Numbered from the stretch's first letter, positions 29,833-42,372 are shown. The stretch: 64,000 bases of DNA from Cyanobacteriota bacterium (GCA_046045965.1 JBJOKS010000003.1:32001-96000); one strand, 5' to 3'. Notes: a model not told the origin generated them from the letters alone. Program-made: numbers and translations.

Positions 29833-31122
29833 ATGGTTACAACCTCTCGTCCAGTCTGGGAAAATCACTCTCCAGCGCATATTTGCCCGTTTGACCAAGC
29901 TTGTAGCTATTTAGAATGGGCTGGTAAAGAATTAAAATTAGATCCAGGTTTATTAGAAATTCTCAGCCATCCCCGTAAAGTCGTCACAGTTTCCATACCC
30001 GTAAAAATGGATAACGGGGAAATACGGGTTTTAGCAGGACATCGGGTACAACATTCCGATATTTTAGGACCATATAAAGGTGGTATTCGTTACCATCCGG
30101 CGGTGACATTACGGGAAGTTTCCGCTTTAGCCATGTTGATGACTTGGAAATGTGCGTTGCTGGGTATTCCCTACGGTGGTGCAAAAGGTGGAATTCCCAT
30201 AGATCCGAAAAAATACAGTGTGGGAGAATTAGAAAGAATTAGTAGGCGTTATATCAGTGAGTTAATTAAAGATATTGGACCATCCGTAGATATACCAGCC
30301 CCGGATATGGGTACTTCAGCCCGTGAAATGGCCTGGATGATGGATACCTATTCTGTTAATGTCGGTCATGCAGTACCAGGTGTGGTGACAGGTAAACCGC
30401 TTTCTGTGGGTGGTTCTCTGGGTCGGGAAATGGCTACGGGCCGGGGTGTAATGATTATTGTCCGTGAAGCATTGGCAGATCAAGGTAGATCCCTTGCAGG
30501 TGTGAGAATTGCCATTCAAGGTTTCGGTAATGTAGGCAGTGCTGCGGCTGAATTGTTACACCAGGAAGGCGCAAAAATTATTGCTGTTTCTAGTGGTGCT
30601 GGGGGTGTATTTTCGGAAACTGGTCTTGATATTCCGGCTTTAAAAGCTTACGCTGCTGAAAATCGTCGCAGTGTGGTAGGATTTCCTCAAGCTATGCCCA
30701 TTAGTAACGCAGATTTACTAACTTTACCTTGTGATGTATTAATTCCCGCAGCTTTGGAAAATCAAATTACGGAAGAAAATGTGCATCAAATTCAAGCCCA
30801 GTTTGTTGCTGAAGCGGCTAATGGTCCTGTGACTTTGGAAGCTAACCGAGTTTTAGAAGCTCATGGTGTGACGGTTTTACCGGATATTTTAGCTAATGCT
30901 GGTGGTGTGGTGGTGAGTTATTTGGAATGGGTGCAGGGTCTTTCTTATTTGTTCTGGGATGAGGAAAGGGTAAACCGCGAAATGGAACATTTGATGGTTA
31001 ATGCTTACCGCCAAGTGATTCAACAAGCACAGGTGCGACGAGTAAATTTACGGTTAGCTGCTTATACTCTTGGTGTGGGTAGAGTGGCGCAAGCTTTGAC
31101 TGATAGGGGTTTGTATCCTTAG
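29833..31122 (+). CDS. gdhA: Glu/Leu/Phe/Val dehydrogenase (glutamate dehydrogenase)
   Basis: GPYKGGIRYHP, MTWKCA, GGAKGG, DIPAPD, IQGFGNVG, EAANGP, ANAGGVVVSYLEW. Confidence 0.92.
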   Translation: MVTTSRPVWENHSPAHICPFDQACSYLEWAGKELKLDPGLLEILSHPRKVVTVSIPVKMDNGEIRVLAGHRVQHSDILGPYKGGIRYHPAVTLREVSALAMLMTWKCALLGIPYGGAKGGIPIDPKKYSVGELERISRRYISELIKDIGPSVDIPAPDMGTSAREMAWMMDTYSVNVGHAVPGVVTGKPLSVGGSLGREMATGRGVMIIVREALADQGRSLAGVRIAIQGFGNVGSAAAELLHQEGAKIIAVSSGAGGVFSETGLDIPALKAYAAENRRSVVGFPQAMPISNADLLTLPCDVLIPAALENQITEENVHQIQAQFVAEAANGPVTLEANRVLEAHGVTVLPDILANAGGVVVSYLEWVQGLSYLFWDEERVNREMEHLMVNAYRQVIQQAQVRRVNLRLAAYTLGVGRVAQALTDRGLYP

Positions 31123-31146
31123 TTATACAGACTGGGATTCAGTTGA

Positions 31147-31175
31147 GTAGGGGTTTAGTAATGCTAAACCCTTAC
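31147..31175. terminator. GTAG-type REP hairpin / bidirectional terminator between convergent genes
   Basis: GTAGGGGTTTAG-TAATG-CTAAACCCTTAC. Confidence 0.55.
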
Positions 31176-31241
31176 ATCATCATTAAAGTGAAAGTAACTA
31201 AAAAGTAACTAAATTGTCTACTTCATCTTGTAACCAAATAG

Positions 31242-33149
<1,908 letters not shown>

Positions 33150-33637
33150 TGAGATCCTTTAATCAAATAGGTTACTTTAGTTAGATACCCTATATGACTT
33201 TAGACATAGCTATAAGTTCCCAAGTGAATGTAATTTTCTACACTTCTTTGTCGGCTACAAAAATATAAGGCTATGATTTTAATACATCTATCCGTAGGAA
33301 TATTTTCGTATGTATTTACACTTAAATGATTCAATAATGCTTGTTGTTTACGGTACGACTTGATAATAAACATATATAAAGATATATGAAAACTACACTC
33401 AAAGATTAGGCGATCGCTCTATACATTCAGGTGATCAGACAATACAAACTCACCTAAAAACAATAAAGAAGCATCTGATCGTTCTCAACTTCCCCTGAAC
33501 ACATTCCCCCTTATACCCATCGGTTCTTGAGAACAAATCCTTGATGAAAATTGGTTTCCTGAATATAGCTGCAATCATCACGATAAACCCGACTAAAATA
33601 GATACACCAATTACCCTTCCTCCAGGAGTATCTAGCG

Positions 33638-33838
33638 GTGCAGCCAGATTTAGTAGGCTTGGAAATTAGCAAAGGTGAATTAAAACGCTTAACAGGCTTT
33701 GACACAGAAGACGTTTTTCGTCCTTCAATTATGGCAGACCAGCAAAAGCGCATCGGCTTTTTTATTAATGAAGCTTTGGTAGCTTTAGCACTGACACCGA
33801 TTATTGTCGGTATCCAAAAAATCAACCTCTCTATTTAA
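33638..33838 (+). pseudogene. Probable 3'-truncated remnant of a membrane-protein gene
   Basis: CAGGAG RBS + GTG; protein-like QPDLVGLEISKGELKRLTGFD.. ends abruptly after one hydrophobic stretch, 15 nt before the DUF29 gene. Confidence 0.4.
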
Positions 33839-33853
33839 TCGGGAGAATCCTAA

Positions 33854-34309
33854 ATGATATCTCAATTATTGAGTCAAACTCTCTATGAACAAGATTATCC
33901 CCAGTGGTTGGAAATCACTTTACAACAATTACAGGAAAAAGACATAGAAAATATTGATTGGGAGCATTTAATAGAGGAGATTACCACATTGGGTAATGAA
34001 CAAAAACACAAACTAGAAAGTTATCTATTACAACTGCTCAAACATCTGCTATTGTATCAGCACTGGAGCATTCCTGATTGTAAAAATCATTGGGAAGTAG
34101 AAATTGATAATTTTCGTGTAGAAATCAGGAAATTAACCAAATCAAAAAACCTCTATAATTATCTGTTAACAGTGCTGGATGAAGTATATAATGATGCAGC
34201 ACGACAAGCTAAGAAAAAAAGTGGTTTAAATTGTTTTCCCCAAACTTGCCCTTACACAATTGAACAAATTTTAGATGTAGAATATTTACCACCATTCACA
34301 TACTTATGA
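33854..34309 (+). CDS. DUF29 domain protein
   Basis: LYEQDYPQW, IDWEHLIEEI, LLKHLL, FPQTCPYTIEQIL. Confidence 0.9.
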   Translation: MISQLLSQTLYEQDYPQWLEITLQQLQEKDIENIDWEHLIEEITTLGNEQKHKLESYLLQLLKHLLLYQHWSIPDCKNHWEVEIDNFRVEIRKLTKSKNLYNYLLTVLDEVYNDAARQAKKKSGLNCFPQTCPYTIEQILDVEYLPPFTYL

Positions 34310-35628
34310 ATAACCAACCCAAAATAATCGTTTTAGATGATGATCCAACTGGTTCTCAAACCGTTCACAGTTGCTTACTCCTGATGCGCTGGGATGTGGA
34401 AACCTTGCGTTTGGGGTTAAAAGATGATGCTCCTATTTTCTTTATTTTAACCAATACGCGATCGCTCACCCCAGAAGATGCAGCAAACGTCACCAGAGAA
34501 GTTTGTCATAACCTGAAAATTGCCTTAGCAGCAGAAAAAATCGAGGATTTTCTCGTAGTTAGTCGTTCTGACTCCACCTTACGCGGTCATTATCCCATAG
34601 AAACCGATGTCATCGCCGCAGAACTTGGACCCTTTGACGCTCATTTTCTCGTACCCGCATTTTTTGAAGGTGGGAGAATTACCCGCGACAGCATCCATTA
34701 TCTCATTATTGACGGTGTTCCTACCCCCGTACATGAAACAGAATTTGCTCGTGATTCTGTTTTTAGTTACAATTACAGCTACTTGCCTAAGTACGTAGAA
34801 GAAAAAACCAAAGGACGCATCAAGGAAGATACTGTCACTAGGTTTTTACTTGCAGATATCCGTGCTGGAAGTTTAGAAAGCTTACTACAACTGCATGATA
34901 ATCAATGTGGGGTAGTTGATGGCGAAACCCAAGCGGATCTTAACACCTTTGCTGTAGATATATTAACAGCCGCAAGTCAAAGAAAACGCTTTTTGTTCCG
35001 TTCCGCTGCTAGTATATTAACAGCTTTAGCGGCTTTACCCCCCCAACCCATCCCTGCTGAAAATATGGCAGAATATGTGCGTGGTGGTAAACCGGGTGCA
35101 GTGATTGTTGGTTCCCACGTCAAAAAGACAACTCAACAGTTAGAATCATTGTTAGCAGTTGAGGGAACGGTGGGGATAGAAGTTAATGTGGGAAGATTAC
35201 TTGATGATGGAGTGAATGAATCTGCTAAACTGCTAACCGAGATTCTGGAAAATGTCCGGGAAGTACATAATGCTGGGAAAACACCAGTAGTTTACACTAG
35301 CCGTCAGGAATTATCTTTTAAAGATGTCAAAACCAGGTTAGAATTTGGGGCAACAGTTTCGGCTTTATTAATGGATATTGTCAAGGGTTTACCAGCTGAT
35401 ATAGGATTCTTAATCAGCAAGGGGGGTATTACTTCTAATGATGTCTTGAGTACCGGACTAGCTTTAACTTCTGCTAGGTTATTAGGTCAAATTTTAGCCG
35501 GTTGTTCAATGGTAATTACACCATCTGATCATCCTCAGTTTCCTAATTTACCTGTTGTATTATTTCCCGGTAATGTCGGTAATGCTGATGCCTTAGCTAC
35601 AATTTATCAAAGATTGACTAATCAGTAA
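34306..35628 (+). CDS. Four-carbon acid sugar kinase family (YgbK/DUF1537)
   Basis: VLDDDPTGSQ, SRSDSTLRGH, PAFFEGGRIT, SKGGITS, FPGNVG. Confidence 0.92.
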   Translation: MNNQPKIIVLDDDPTGSQTVHSCLLLMRWDVETLRLGLKDDAPIFFILTNTRSLTPEDAANVTREVCHNLKIALAAEKIEDFLVVSRSDSTLRGHYPIETDVIAAELGPFDAHFLVPAFFEGGRITRDSIHYLIIDGVPTPVHETEFARDSVFSYNYSYLPKYVEEKTKGRIKEDTVTRFLLADIRAGSLESLLQLHDNQCGVVDGETQADLNTFAVDILTAASQRKRFLFRSAASILTALAALPPQPIPAENMAEYVRGGKPGAVIVGSHVKKTTQQLESLLAVEGTVGIEVNVGRLLDDGVNESAKLLTEILENVREVHNAGKTPVVYTSRQELSFKDVKTRLEFGATVSALLMDIVKGLPADIGFLISKGGITSNDVLSTGLALTSARLLGQILAGCSMVITPSDHPQFPNLPVVLFPGNVGNADALATIYQRLTNQ

Positions 35629-35650
35629 TTAGTTATCAGGAGTTAGGAGA

Positions 35651-35768
35651 ATTTTAGATTTTAGATTTTAGATTTTAGATTTTAGATTTTAGATTGGAGT
35701 TAACAAAAACAATCTAAAATCAAAATTTGTATCACCAATTACCAATTACCAATTACCAATTACCAATT
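35651..35768. repeat. STRR arrays (ATTTTAG)6 and (ACCAATT)5
   Basis: Direct reading; inverted AATCTAAAATCAAAAT lies between them. Confidence 0.9.
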
Positions 35769-35772
35769 AAGA

Positions 35773-36837
35773 ATGAATTTTGATTCTAAGAAATCATCAA
35801 AAGATTTGGAAATGGAGTCAAATTCTGCACTTCCTAATGCAGAAGCAATCTCTATTAATGATGATAGAGAGGATAAAATTGCCAATCCTGTTGATAAAAA
35901 AGCAGATACAAGTGTTGAAGATCGAGACAATGATTCTATTATCCCCAATGGGGAGTTAAATTCTGTTCTTGTCTATTTACAAGCTAATTCATCTGGGAAA
36001 GTAGACTCTAATTCTGAAGAGAAGAAAACAGAAGAATCTGCTGCGGATTTAATTGATTTGAACAGCGATGAGTTAGGATTACCAGAACAAAGAATCAACA
36101 ATAATATTCAAGTTCAGATCCAAACGGAGGAGGGAAGACTATTATTAATTTTGCCAACTGAATCTCAAGTACCTGCTTCTGAATTCAGTTGGTCCCAGAT
36201 TTGGCAACAAATGAGACAGCGACTCAATGGTAGTGATCGCTTGCGGACACCTAATACTATAGTCCATTTAGTCGCAAAAGACCGCTTATTAGATAGTAGA
36301 CAACTGCAAGAACTGGCAGAAACATTAAGTGAAATCAAACTTCAGTTAAAATCAGTTGTCACTAGTCGCAGACAAACAGCGATCGCCGCTTGTACATTAG
36401 GTTATTCTGTTGAACAAATACAGCTACAATCATCCTTAACTACTGATCTCCAAGCTACTCCCAAACCTTTAGCAGATGCGCTCTATCTAGAAATGACTGT
36501 AAGATCAGGTGGAGAAATTCGTCATCCCGGCACGGTGATTATTTTGGGAGATATCAATCCTGGTGGTATTGTGGTTGCAGATGGAGATATTCTAGTTTGG
36601 GGTCGTCTGCGGGGGGTGGCTCATGCTGGTGCTGGGGGAAATCGTAATTGTCTAATTATGGCTTTGCAAATGGAACCAACCCAACTGCGAATCGCCGATG
36701 CAGTTGCGAGAGCGCCTGAAAAGTCGCTGACACAGTTCTTTCCTGAAGTGGCGCATATCACACCCCAAGGCATCCGCATCGCCAAAGCTACTGATTTTTC
36801 TCGCACTCAGTTAAGTAAAATTAATCAAAGTTTCTAA
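35773..36837 (+). CDS. minC: Septum site-determining protein MinC with acidic N-terminal extension
   Basis: TVRSGGEI..GDINPG..ADGDILVWGRLRGVAHAG; followed by minD and minE. Confidence 0.93.
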   Translation: MNFDSKKSSKDLEMESNSALPNAEAISINDDREDKIANPVDKKADTSVEDRDNDSIIPNGELNSVLVYLQANSSGKVDSNSEEKKTEESAADLIDLNSDELGLPEQRINNNIQVQIQTEEGRLLLILPTESQVPASEFSWSQIWQQMRQRLNGSDRLRTPNTIVHLVAKDRLLDSRQLQELAETLSEIKLQLKSVVTSRRQTAIAACTLGYSVEQIQLQSSLTTDLQATPKPLADALYLEMTVRSGGEIRHPGTVIILGDINPGGIVVADGDILVWGRLRGVAHAGAGGNRNCLIMALQMEPTQLRIADAVARAPEKSLTQFFPEVAHITPQGIRIAKATDFSRTQLSKINQSF

Positions 36838-36904
36838 ATATTTCTAAATATTCTCTAAATATTTAGTATTATTTCCACCAAACCTAATCGAGCGCATTGC
36901 TGTT

Positions 36905-37711
36905 ATGAGTCGTATTATTGTAATTACCTCCGGTAAAGGAGGAGTGGGTAAAACCACGGTTTCCGCAAATTTGGGCATGGCTTTAGCCAAAATCGGGCGA
37001 CAAGTTGCCCTGGTTGATGCGGATTTTGGTTTGAGAAATTTAGATTTGCTACTAGGACTGGAAAACCGCATTGTTTACACAGCGGTAGAAGTGTTAGCTA
37101 GAGAGTGTCGTTTAGATCAAGCTTTGGTGAAAGATAAACGACAACCTAATCTGGTACTTCTACCAGCTGCCCAAAATCGGACTAAAGATGCTGTCACACC
37201 TGACCAAATGAAATTGCTAGTAAATGCACTAGCGCAAAAATACCAGTATGTAGTGATTGATAGTCCCGCCGGGATTGAAATGGGGTTTAAAAATGCGATC
37301 GCCCCAGCTAAAGAATCCCTCATTGTCACCACCCCAGAAATCTCCGCAGTCCGCGATGCTGACCGGGTAGTGGGATTATTAGAAGCACAAGGTGTCAAAA
37401 AGATCCATTTAATAATTAACCGGATTAGACCTGCAATGGTACGGGCAAATGATATGATGTCTGTGCAGGATGTTCAGGAACTTCTCGCTATTCCCTTAAT
37501 TGGGGTCATCCCTGACGACGAGCGTGTGATTGTCTCTACCAACCGAGGAGAACCTTTAGTATTATCAGAAACTCCTTCTTTAGCGTCCATAGCTTTTGAG
37601 AACATTGCTCGGAGATTAGAAGGGGAAACTGTCGAATTTCTTGAGCTTGACTCACCTAACGACAACATCTTTTCCCGGTTGCGGAAGTTGTTGTGGACAA
37701 AAATTGTTTAA
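36905..37711 (+). CDS. minD: Septum site-determining ATPase MinD
   Basis: [39 protein letters not shown]. Confidence 0.97.
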   Translation: MSRIIVITSGKGGVGKTTVSANLGMALAKIGRQVALVDADFGLRNLDLLLGLENRIVYTAVEVLARECRLDQALVKDKRQPNLVLLPAAQNRTKDAVTPDQMKLLVNALAQKYQYVVIDSPAGIEMGFKNAIAPAKESLIVTTPEISAVRDADRVVGLLEAQGVKKIHLIINRIRPAMVRANDMMSVQDVQELLAIPLIGVIPDDERVIVSTNRGEPLVLSETPSLASIAFENIARRLEGETVEFLELDSPNDNIFSRLRKLLWTKIV

Positions 37712-37746
37712 CTTATTTTCCAGTCTCCGCCTTAAAACTAGCAGCA

Positions 37747-38055
37747 ATGATTCTTGAACTTTTAGAAAAACTTTTTGTTCGCACACCTGACACCAGTCGT
37801 ACCCAAGTTAAACGTCGTCTACAAGTAGTTATAGCTCACGACCGTGCCGATTTAGACGCGCAAACTTTGGAAAAAATGCGCCAGGAAATCCTAGCTATTG
37901 TTTGTCGATATGTAGAAATTGAGACAGATGGTTTGGAGTTTTCCCTAGAAAGCAACCAACGTACAACTGCTTTAATCGCTAATTTACCTATTCGTCGGGT
38001 AAAGGAAGCTACATCTGAGTCGGAAGACACTAGTGATACATCTATTGAGGTTTGA
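37747..38055 (+). CDS. minE: Cell division topological specificity factor MinE
   Basis: [38 protein letters not shown] 37747 preferred. Confidence 0.95.
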   Translation: MILELLEKLFVRTPDTSRTQVKRRLQVVIAHDRADLDAQTLEKMRQEILAIVCRYVEIETDGLEFSLESNQRTTALIANLPIRRVKEATSESEDTSDTSIEV

Positions 38056-38076
38056 TCTGTAGGGTGGGTTAGGAGT

Positions 38077-38212
38077 CAATACTTTTCGGTTAAGCCCAAC
38101 AAATATAATGATGTAGGTTGGGTTGACGATAGGAAACCCAACATTTACAAGGGTTTGTTGGGTTTCACTTTGTTCAACCCAACCTACGAAAACTCTTAAC
38201 CGAACAGTATCG
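38077..38212. mobile_element. MITE with 18-bp TIRs and 10-bp target-site duplication
   Basis: CAATACTTTTCGGTTAAG / CTTAACCGAACAGTATCG; GGTTAGGAGT at 38067-38076 and 38213-38222; internal REP pair GTAGGTTGGGTTGA..TCAACCCAACCTAC. Confidence 0.88.
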
Positions 38213-38267
38213 GGTTAGGAGTGTAATTTAATTTCCACTGTAACCTACCTTTTCTGAGTTTCAAGAC

Positions 38268-38296
38268 TTGACAAATCGCAAATATTATTGTACACT
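38268..38296 (+). promoter_or_regulatory. Consensus-like sigma70 promoter TTGACA-N17-TACACT (extended TG)
   Basis: -35 at 38268-38273, -10 at 38291-38296; no ORF downstream. Confidence 0.5.
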
Positions 38297-38344
38297 TATG
38301 TTATGAGTGGGAATCTGTGGGCGCATATATATAGGCTTTTTAAC

Positions 38345-38539
38345 TGTCTGAATCAGGATAACCAGGATTTAATGATTTACAGGATGGTAATTTTTAGATG
38401 GTTCGTTTGGTGATAAAATTTGCATTTGTCTGAATCAGGATAACCAGGATTTCAGGATTTATGCTAATGAAAATTGCATTTGTCTGAATCAGGATAACCA
38501 GGATTTCAGGATTTACAGGATGGTAATTTTTAGATGGTT
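38345..38539. repeat. Three imperfect tandem copies of a TGTCTGAATCAGGATAACCAGGATTT-core repeat
   Basis: Cores start at 38345, 38427 and 38481; a degenerate reverse-complement relative lies at about 42323-42356. Confidence 0.85.
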
Positions 38540-38652
38540 TAAATTATTCAAAAACAATCATCCAATCACATCCTGATAGCAAAGTGTAGTGTTAGCCATA
38601 AATGCTCAAAACTTGTTATATATGGCGCGGACAGATTTCTAGATATACCATT

Positions 38653-38681
38653 ACAATAGCAAAAACTCAGAACACTGTCAA
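38653..38681 (-). promoter_or_regulatory. Consensus-like sigma70 promoter TTGACA-N17-TATTGT on the minus strand
   Basis: -35 at 38681-38676, -10 at 38658-38653; faces the + strand promoter. Confidence 0.45.
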
Positions 38682-38888
38682 CCCCCCTCGCTGAAATAAC
38701 GAAAACTCATTAAATTATTGACTTCATTCTCAATAATGTTGAGAATAGACCCTCCTTTATTGATAAAAATCTTTTTTTCGATAGATCCCCGACTTCTTCA
38801 AGAAGCGAGGGATCTGGGTATTAGCAGAAAGAAACCGAAAAACCTCTTCCCTCCTGCCTCCTGCCTCCTGCCTCCTGCCTTCTACTAA

Positions 38889-40241
38889 TTAAATCAATCC
38901 TGCTGATTCATACAGTCTTTTAAACAAAGCTTTAATCTTAGTACCATAATCTAAATCTGCTGACCATCTTCCTGATAGTTGATCAACAGAAGGTGCAACA
39001 CCCCTAGTCACAAATCTAAACCGAGGATCTACTTCTTGTTGTACTAAAGGTTCTAAACTAGCGTAGGCTTTTAAATGTTGAATATGCGCTCTCACACCAA
39101 TTCTGGCACTAGGAAAAGATGCAGCTTCAGATCCACCACCGATCGCTCCTAAACCGGCAAAGTTATTTTGTTGAGGTTTAATATCGCTACCAAAACGTAA
39201 AAAGCCAGTTTCTAGACACATTTGAGAAAAGGCAATATCATGATTTACTCCTTCAATTGTCGCTTCTTCCCGATACAGTTTAGGAATGTCAGGAAACTGT
39301 ACTAAAGCATTTTCATTGTTATTCCTCAAAAATAGTTGTAGCTGCACTTCTGTGGTATTACCATTAGAAATAATTTGCTCAATATGTCCAGGACAAATTG
39401 TTAAAATTGAACGGAGTTTAAGAGTTCGAGTTGCACTATCCCAAGCAATAGAAATATTAAAATCTCTCAGTTCAATGGCTTTGATATAAACTACACGCCG
39501 ATAAGTTACACGGTTAACATTAGGAGCTTTTGATAAATCAATCCGCAACCGATCTACCAAATCAATGGGAATATAAGAATTACCATTAATTAATACCCCT
39601 TGTTCTGGATAATTTTGCCCATTGATGTTAATATTAATTGGTGGATAATTTGGTTCTATAGGAGTTCCCGGACTAGGATCAACTGCTCGACTCCAAGCTA
39701 TTAATCCATCAACAATTCCTAAAGCAAAATCACGACGACGAGTTTGTAATAAATTGCGATCGTCTGGACTGCTGAGAAACCCTACTTGCATGACTAAAGC
39801 TGGTAAAGTAGTGCGGCGACAAAACTGTAAACTACCTAAGCCGCTGTCTGTATCTGGTCTGACTCCGCGATTAGGTAATTGAGGTACACGACGCAACAAT
39901 CCCATCAGTAACATTTCTGCATTTTGCTTGCGTTGATTGTTGCTGGCAATGTAGTAAACACTAGCACCCCTAACAGTAGGACTACTAGCAGCATCAGCTT
40001 GAATTTCTACAGCCACATCAGTGGAACGACCGCGAGAGTTAATCCAGGTGATAGTTTGGGCAGCACTTAAATCATCAGGTACAGCTAAAACTTCAACACT
40101 ACGCGCCCTAAGTTCTGTTACAATCAAATCCCGCAACATAATCATTTCTCTGGCTTCAGTTGTACCACCTGCGATCGCACCAGGATCAATTCCGCTTGCT
40201 TCCCTACCACCATGCGCGGCCGAAATAAAAATACGTCCCAT
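38889..40241 (-). CDS. tftA: Amidase_3 + glucosaminidase-like cell-wall protein (TftA-like hormogonium morphoprotein)
   Basis: IFISAAHGG..DPGA..TEA amidase-type N-terminus; C-terminal QMCLETGFLRF..NNFAGLG..AHIQHLKAYAS..DPRF..LSGRW; symbol from recall of the family. Confidence 0.75.
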   Translation of the reverse strand: MGRIFISAAHGGREASGIDPGAIAGGTTEAREMIMLRDLIVTELRARSVEVLAVPDDLSAAQTITWINSRGRSTDVAVEIQADAASSPTVRGASVYYIASNNQRKQNAEMLLMGLLRRVPQLPNRGVRPDTDSGLGSLQFCRRTTLPALVMQVGFLSSPDDRNLLQTRRRDFALGIVDGLIAWSRAVDPSPGTPIEPNYPPINININGQNYPEQGVLINGNSYIPIDLVDRLRIDLSKAPNVNRVTYRRVVYIKAIELRDFNISIAWDSATRTLKLRSILTICPGHIEQIISNGNTTEVQLQLFLRNNNENALVQFPDIPKLYREEATIEGVNHDIAFSQMCLETGFLRFGSDIKPQQNNFAGLGAIGGGSEAASFPSARIGVRAHIQHLKAYASLEPLVQQEVDPRFRFVTRGVAPSVDQLSGRWSADLDYGTKIKALFKRLYESAGLI

Positions 40242-40323
40242 TTTGATTATTTTCCGTTGTTAAGCTCCAGCATGAAGCAATTTTAGCGATTATTTTGGGT
40301 CTGGGATCAAGAATATAATAAGG

Positions 40324-40406
40324 CAGGAGTCAGGAGTCAGGAGTCAGGAGTTTTGATTTTTTCCCCAATCACCAATCACCAATCACCAATCACCAATCAC
40401 CAATCA
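40324..40406. repeat. STRR arrays (CAGGAGT)4 and (CCAATCA)6 upstream of dnaG
   Basis: Direct reading; a related (CCTCCTG)4 array is at 38850-38877. Confidence 0.9.
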
Positions 40407-40413
40407 CCCAAAA

Positions 40414-42324
40414 ATGCAAATCCCCCGTTTACATCCAGATACAATAGAAGAAGTTAAACACCGGGCTGATATTGTTGATGTTGTCTCAGATTACGTGGTA
40501 TTACGTAGACGGGGCAAAGATTTTGTTGGTTTATGTCCTTTTCATGATGAAAAAAGCCCCAGTTTTACAGTTAGTCCCGCCAAGCAAATGTATTATTGCT
40601 TCGGTTGTCAAGCTGCGGGTAACGCCATTAAGTTTGTCATGGATTTGAATAAACGACATTTTGCAGAAGTAGTTTTAGATTTAGCAAAACGTTATCAAGT
40701 TCCTGTAAAAACTTTAGCCCCTGAACAAAGACAAGAATTACAGCGTCAGATATCTTTACGTGAGCAATTATATGAAATTCTAGCATCTACATCCCAATTT
40801 TATCAACACGCTTTAAGGCAAAATTTGGGTCAAAAAGCGATGCAATATTTACAGGAAAATCGTCAATTAAAAATAGAAACAATTCAACAATTTGGTTTAG
40901 GTTATGCTCCTTCTGGGTGGGAAACTTTATATCGTTATTTGGTGGAAGATAAACATTATCCTGTGCAGTTGGTAGAAAAAGCCGGTTTAATTAAACCCAG
41001 GAAAGAAGGGGGCGGTTATTATGATGTATTTCGGGATCGGTTAATGATTCCTATCCGCGATATTCAAGGAAGAGTAATTGCTTTTGGTGGCAGAACTTTA
41101 ACAGATGAACAACCAAAATATTTAAATTCACCAGAAACAGAATTATTTAGTAAAGGTAAAACCTTATTTGCTTTAGATCAAGCCAAAGATGGTATTTCTA
41201 AATCAGATCAAGGGGTAGTTGTAGAGGGATATTTTGATGCGATCGCTCTCCATGCAGCAGGAATTAATAATGTCGTTGCATCCCTGGGTACAGCATTAAG
41301 CATAGAACAAGTGCGGCTATTATTGCGTTACACAGATTCCAAACAATTAATACTCAATTTTGATGCAGATAAAGCCGGAATTAACGCCGCAGAAAGAGCA
41401 ATTGGTGAAATTGCCACCTTAGCATATAAAGGTGAAGTACAGTTAAAAATTCTCAACATTCCCGACGGTAAAGATGCAGATGAATACTTACAAAATCATA
41501 CAGCAGCAGATTATCAGCAACTATTAACAAATGCACCACTGTGGTTAAATTGGCAAATTGAGGAAATCATTAAAGATAGAGATTTAAAACAAGCTACCGA
41601 TTTTCAAATAGTTACTAAAGAAATGGTTAAACTCTTGCAGAAAATCGTTAATAGTGATACACTTAATTATTATATTTCCTACTGTGCAGAAATACTCAGC
41701 TTAGGTGACACTAGATTAATACCCCTAAGAGTTGAGAACCTACTAACTCAAATTGCACCTGCTAGTGTGCAAACTCCACCACTGCGACCACGCAAACCAG
41801 AGTCAAAAACGCCAAAGCTATCTCTAGTAACCACTGAACGCAGTTTATTAGAACAAGCTGAGGCGTTATTATTGCGGATATTTTTACATTGTCCTGAACA
41901 GCGAGAGGTAATATTTGCAGAATTAGAAGAGCGAAATTTAGAATTTAGCCTTTCTCATCATCGGTTTTTGTGGCAAAAAAGTTTAGAATTTCCATTAGAA
42001 GAAATAGATTTAATTTCTAAATTACAAAATCGGTATTTAGAATTAGAAGAAGATTTAAAAATAGTATCTCATGTATTTCATTTAAACGAGAAAAACAAAA
42101 CAGAAATATTAAGAACACCTCAAGTTGTACAAGCAACATTAGCTTGTATGGAAAGAGTTTTGAGAGAAAAACGTTATCGTCATTTTATGGAACTGTGGAA
42201 GAAAATTGATCCACAAGTAGAACCAGAAAAAGAGAAAATATATTATAATAATGCCATGTCTGAAAAAATGCGGATACAAGAATTAGATAGACAAAGACAA
42301 TTTCCCATTTCCGAATTATTTTAA
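40414..42324 (+). CDS. dnaG: DNA primase
   Basis: CPFHDEKSPSF..CFGC zinc finger, FRDRLMIPI, KYLNSPET, VEGYFD, FDADKAG, KDADE. Confidence 0.97.
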   Translation: MQIPRLHPDTIEEVKHRADIVDVVSDYVVLRRRGKDFVGLCPFHDEKSPSFTVSPAKQMYYCFGCQAAGNAIKFVMDLNKRHFAEVVLDLAKRYQVPVKTLAPEQRQELQRQISLREQLYEILASTSQFYQHALRQNLGQKAMQYLQENRQLKIETIQQFGLGYAPSGWETLYRYLVEDKHYPVQLVEKAGLIKPRKEGGGYYDVFRDRLMIPIRDIQGRVIAFGGRTLTDEQPKYLNSPETELFSKGKTLFALDQAKDGISKSDQGVVVEGYFDAIALHAAGINNVVASLGTALSIEQVRLLLRYTDSKQLILNFDADKAGINAAERAIGEIATLAYKGEVQLKILNIPDGKDADEYLQNHTAADYQQLLTNAPLWLNWQIEEIIKDRDLKQATDFQIVTKEMVKLLQKIVNSDTLNYYISYCAEILSLGDTRLIPLRVENLLTQIAPASVQTPPLRPRKPESKTPKLSLVTTERSLLEQAEALLLRIFLHCPEQREVIFAELEERNLEFSLSHHRFLWQKSLEFPLEEIDLISKLQNRYLELEEDLKIVSHVFHLNEKNKTEILRTPQVVQATLACMERVLREKRYRHFMELWKKIDPQVEPEKEKIYYNNAMSEKMRIQELDRQRQFPISELF

Positions 42325-42372
42325 TCCTGTAAATCTTGAAATCGTGAAATTCTCATTGAGAGAAATAAACCT

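Noticed and set aside
38345..38539. Possible mini CRISPR array (three 26-nt repeats)
   Set aside because: Spacing is unequal (82 and 54 nt), the intervening sequences resemble each other, and no cas genes are present; better explained as tandem duplication
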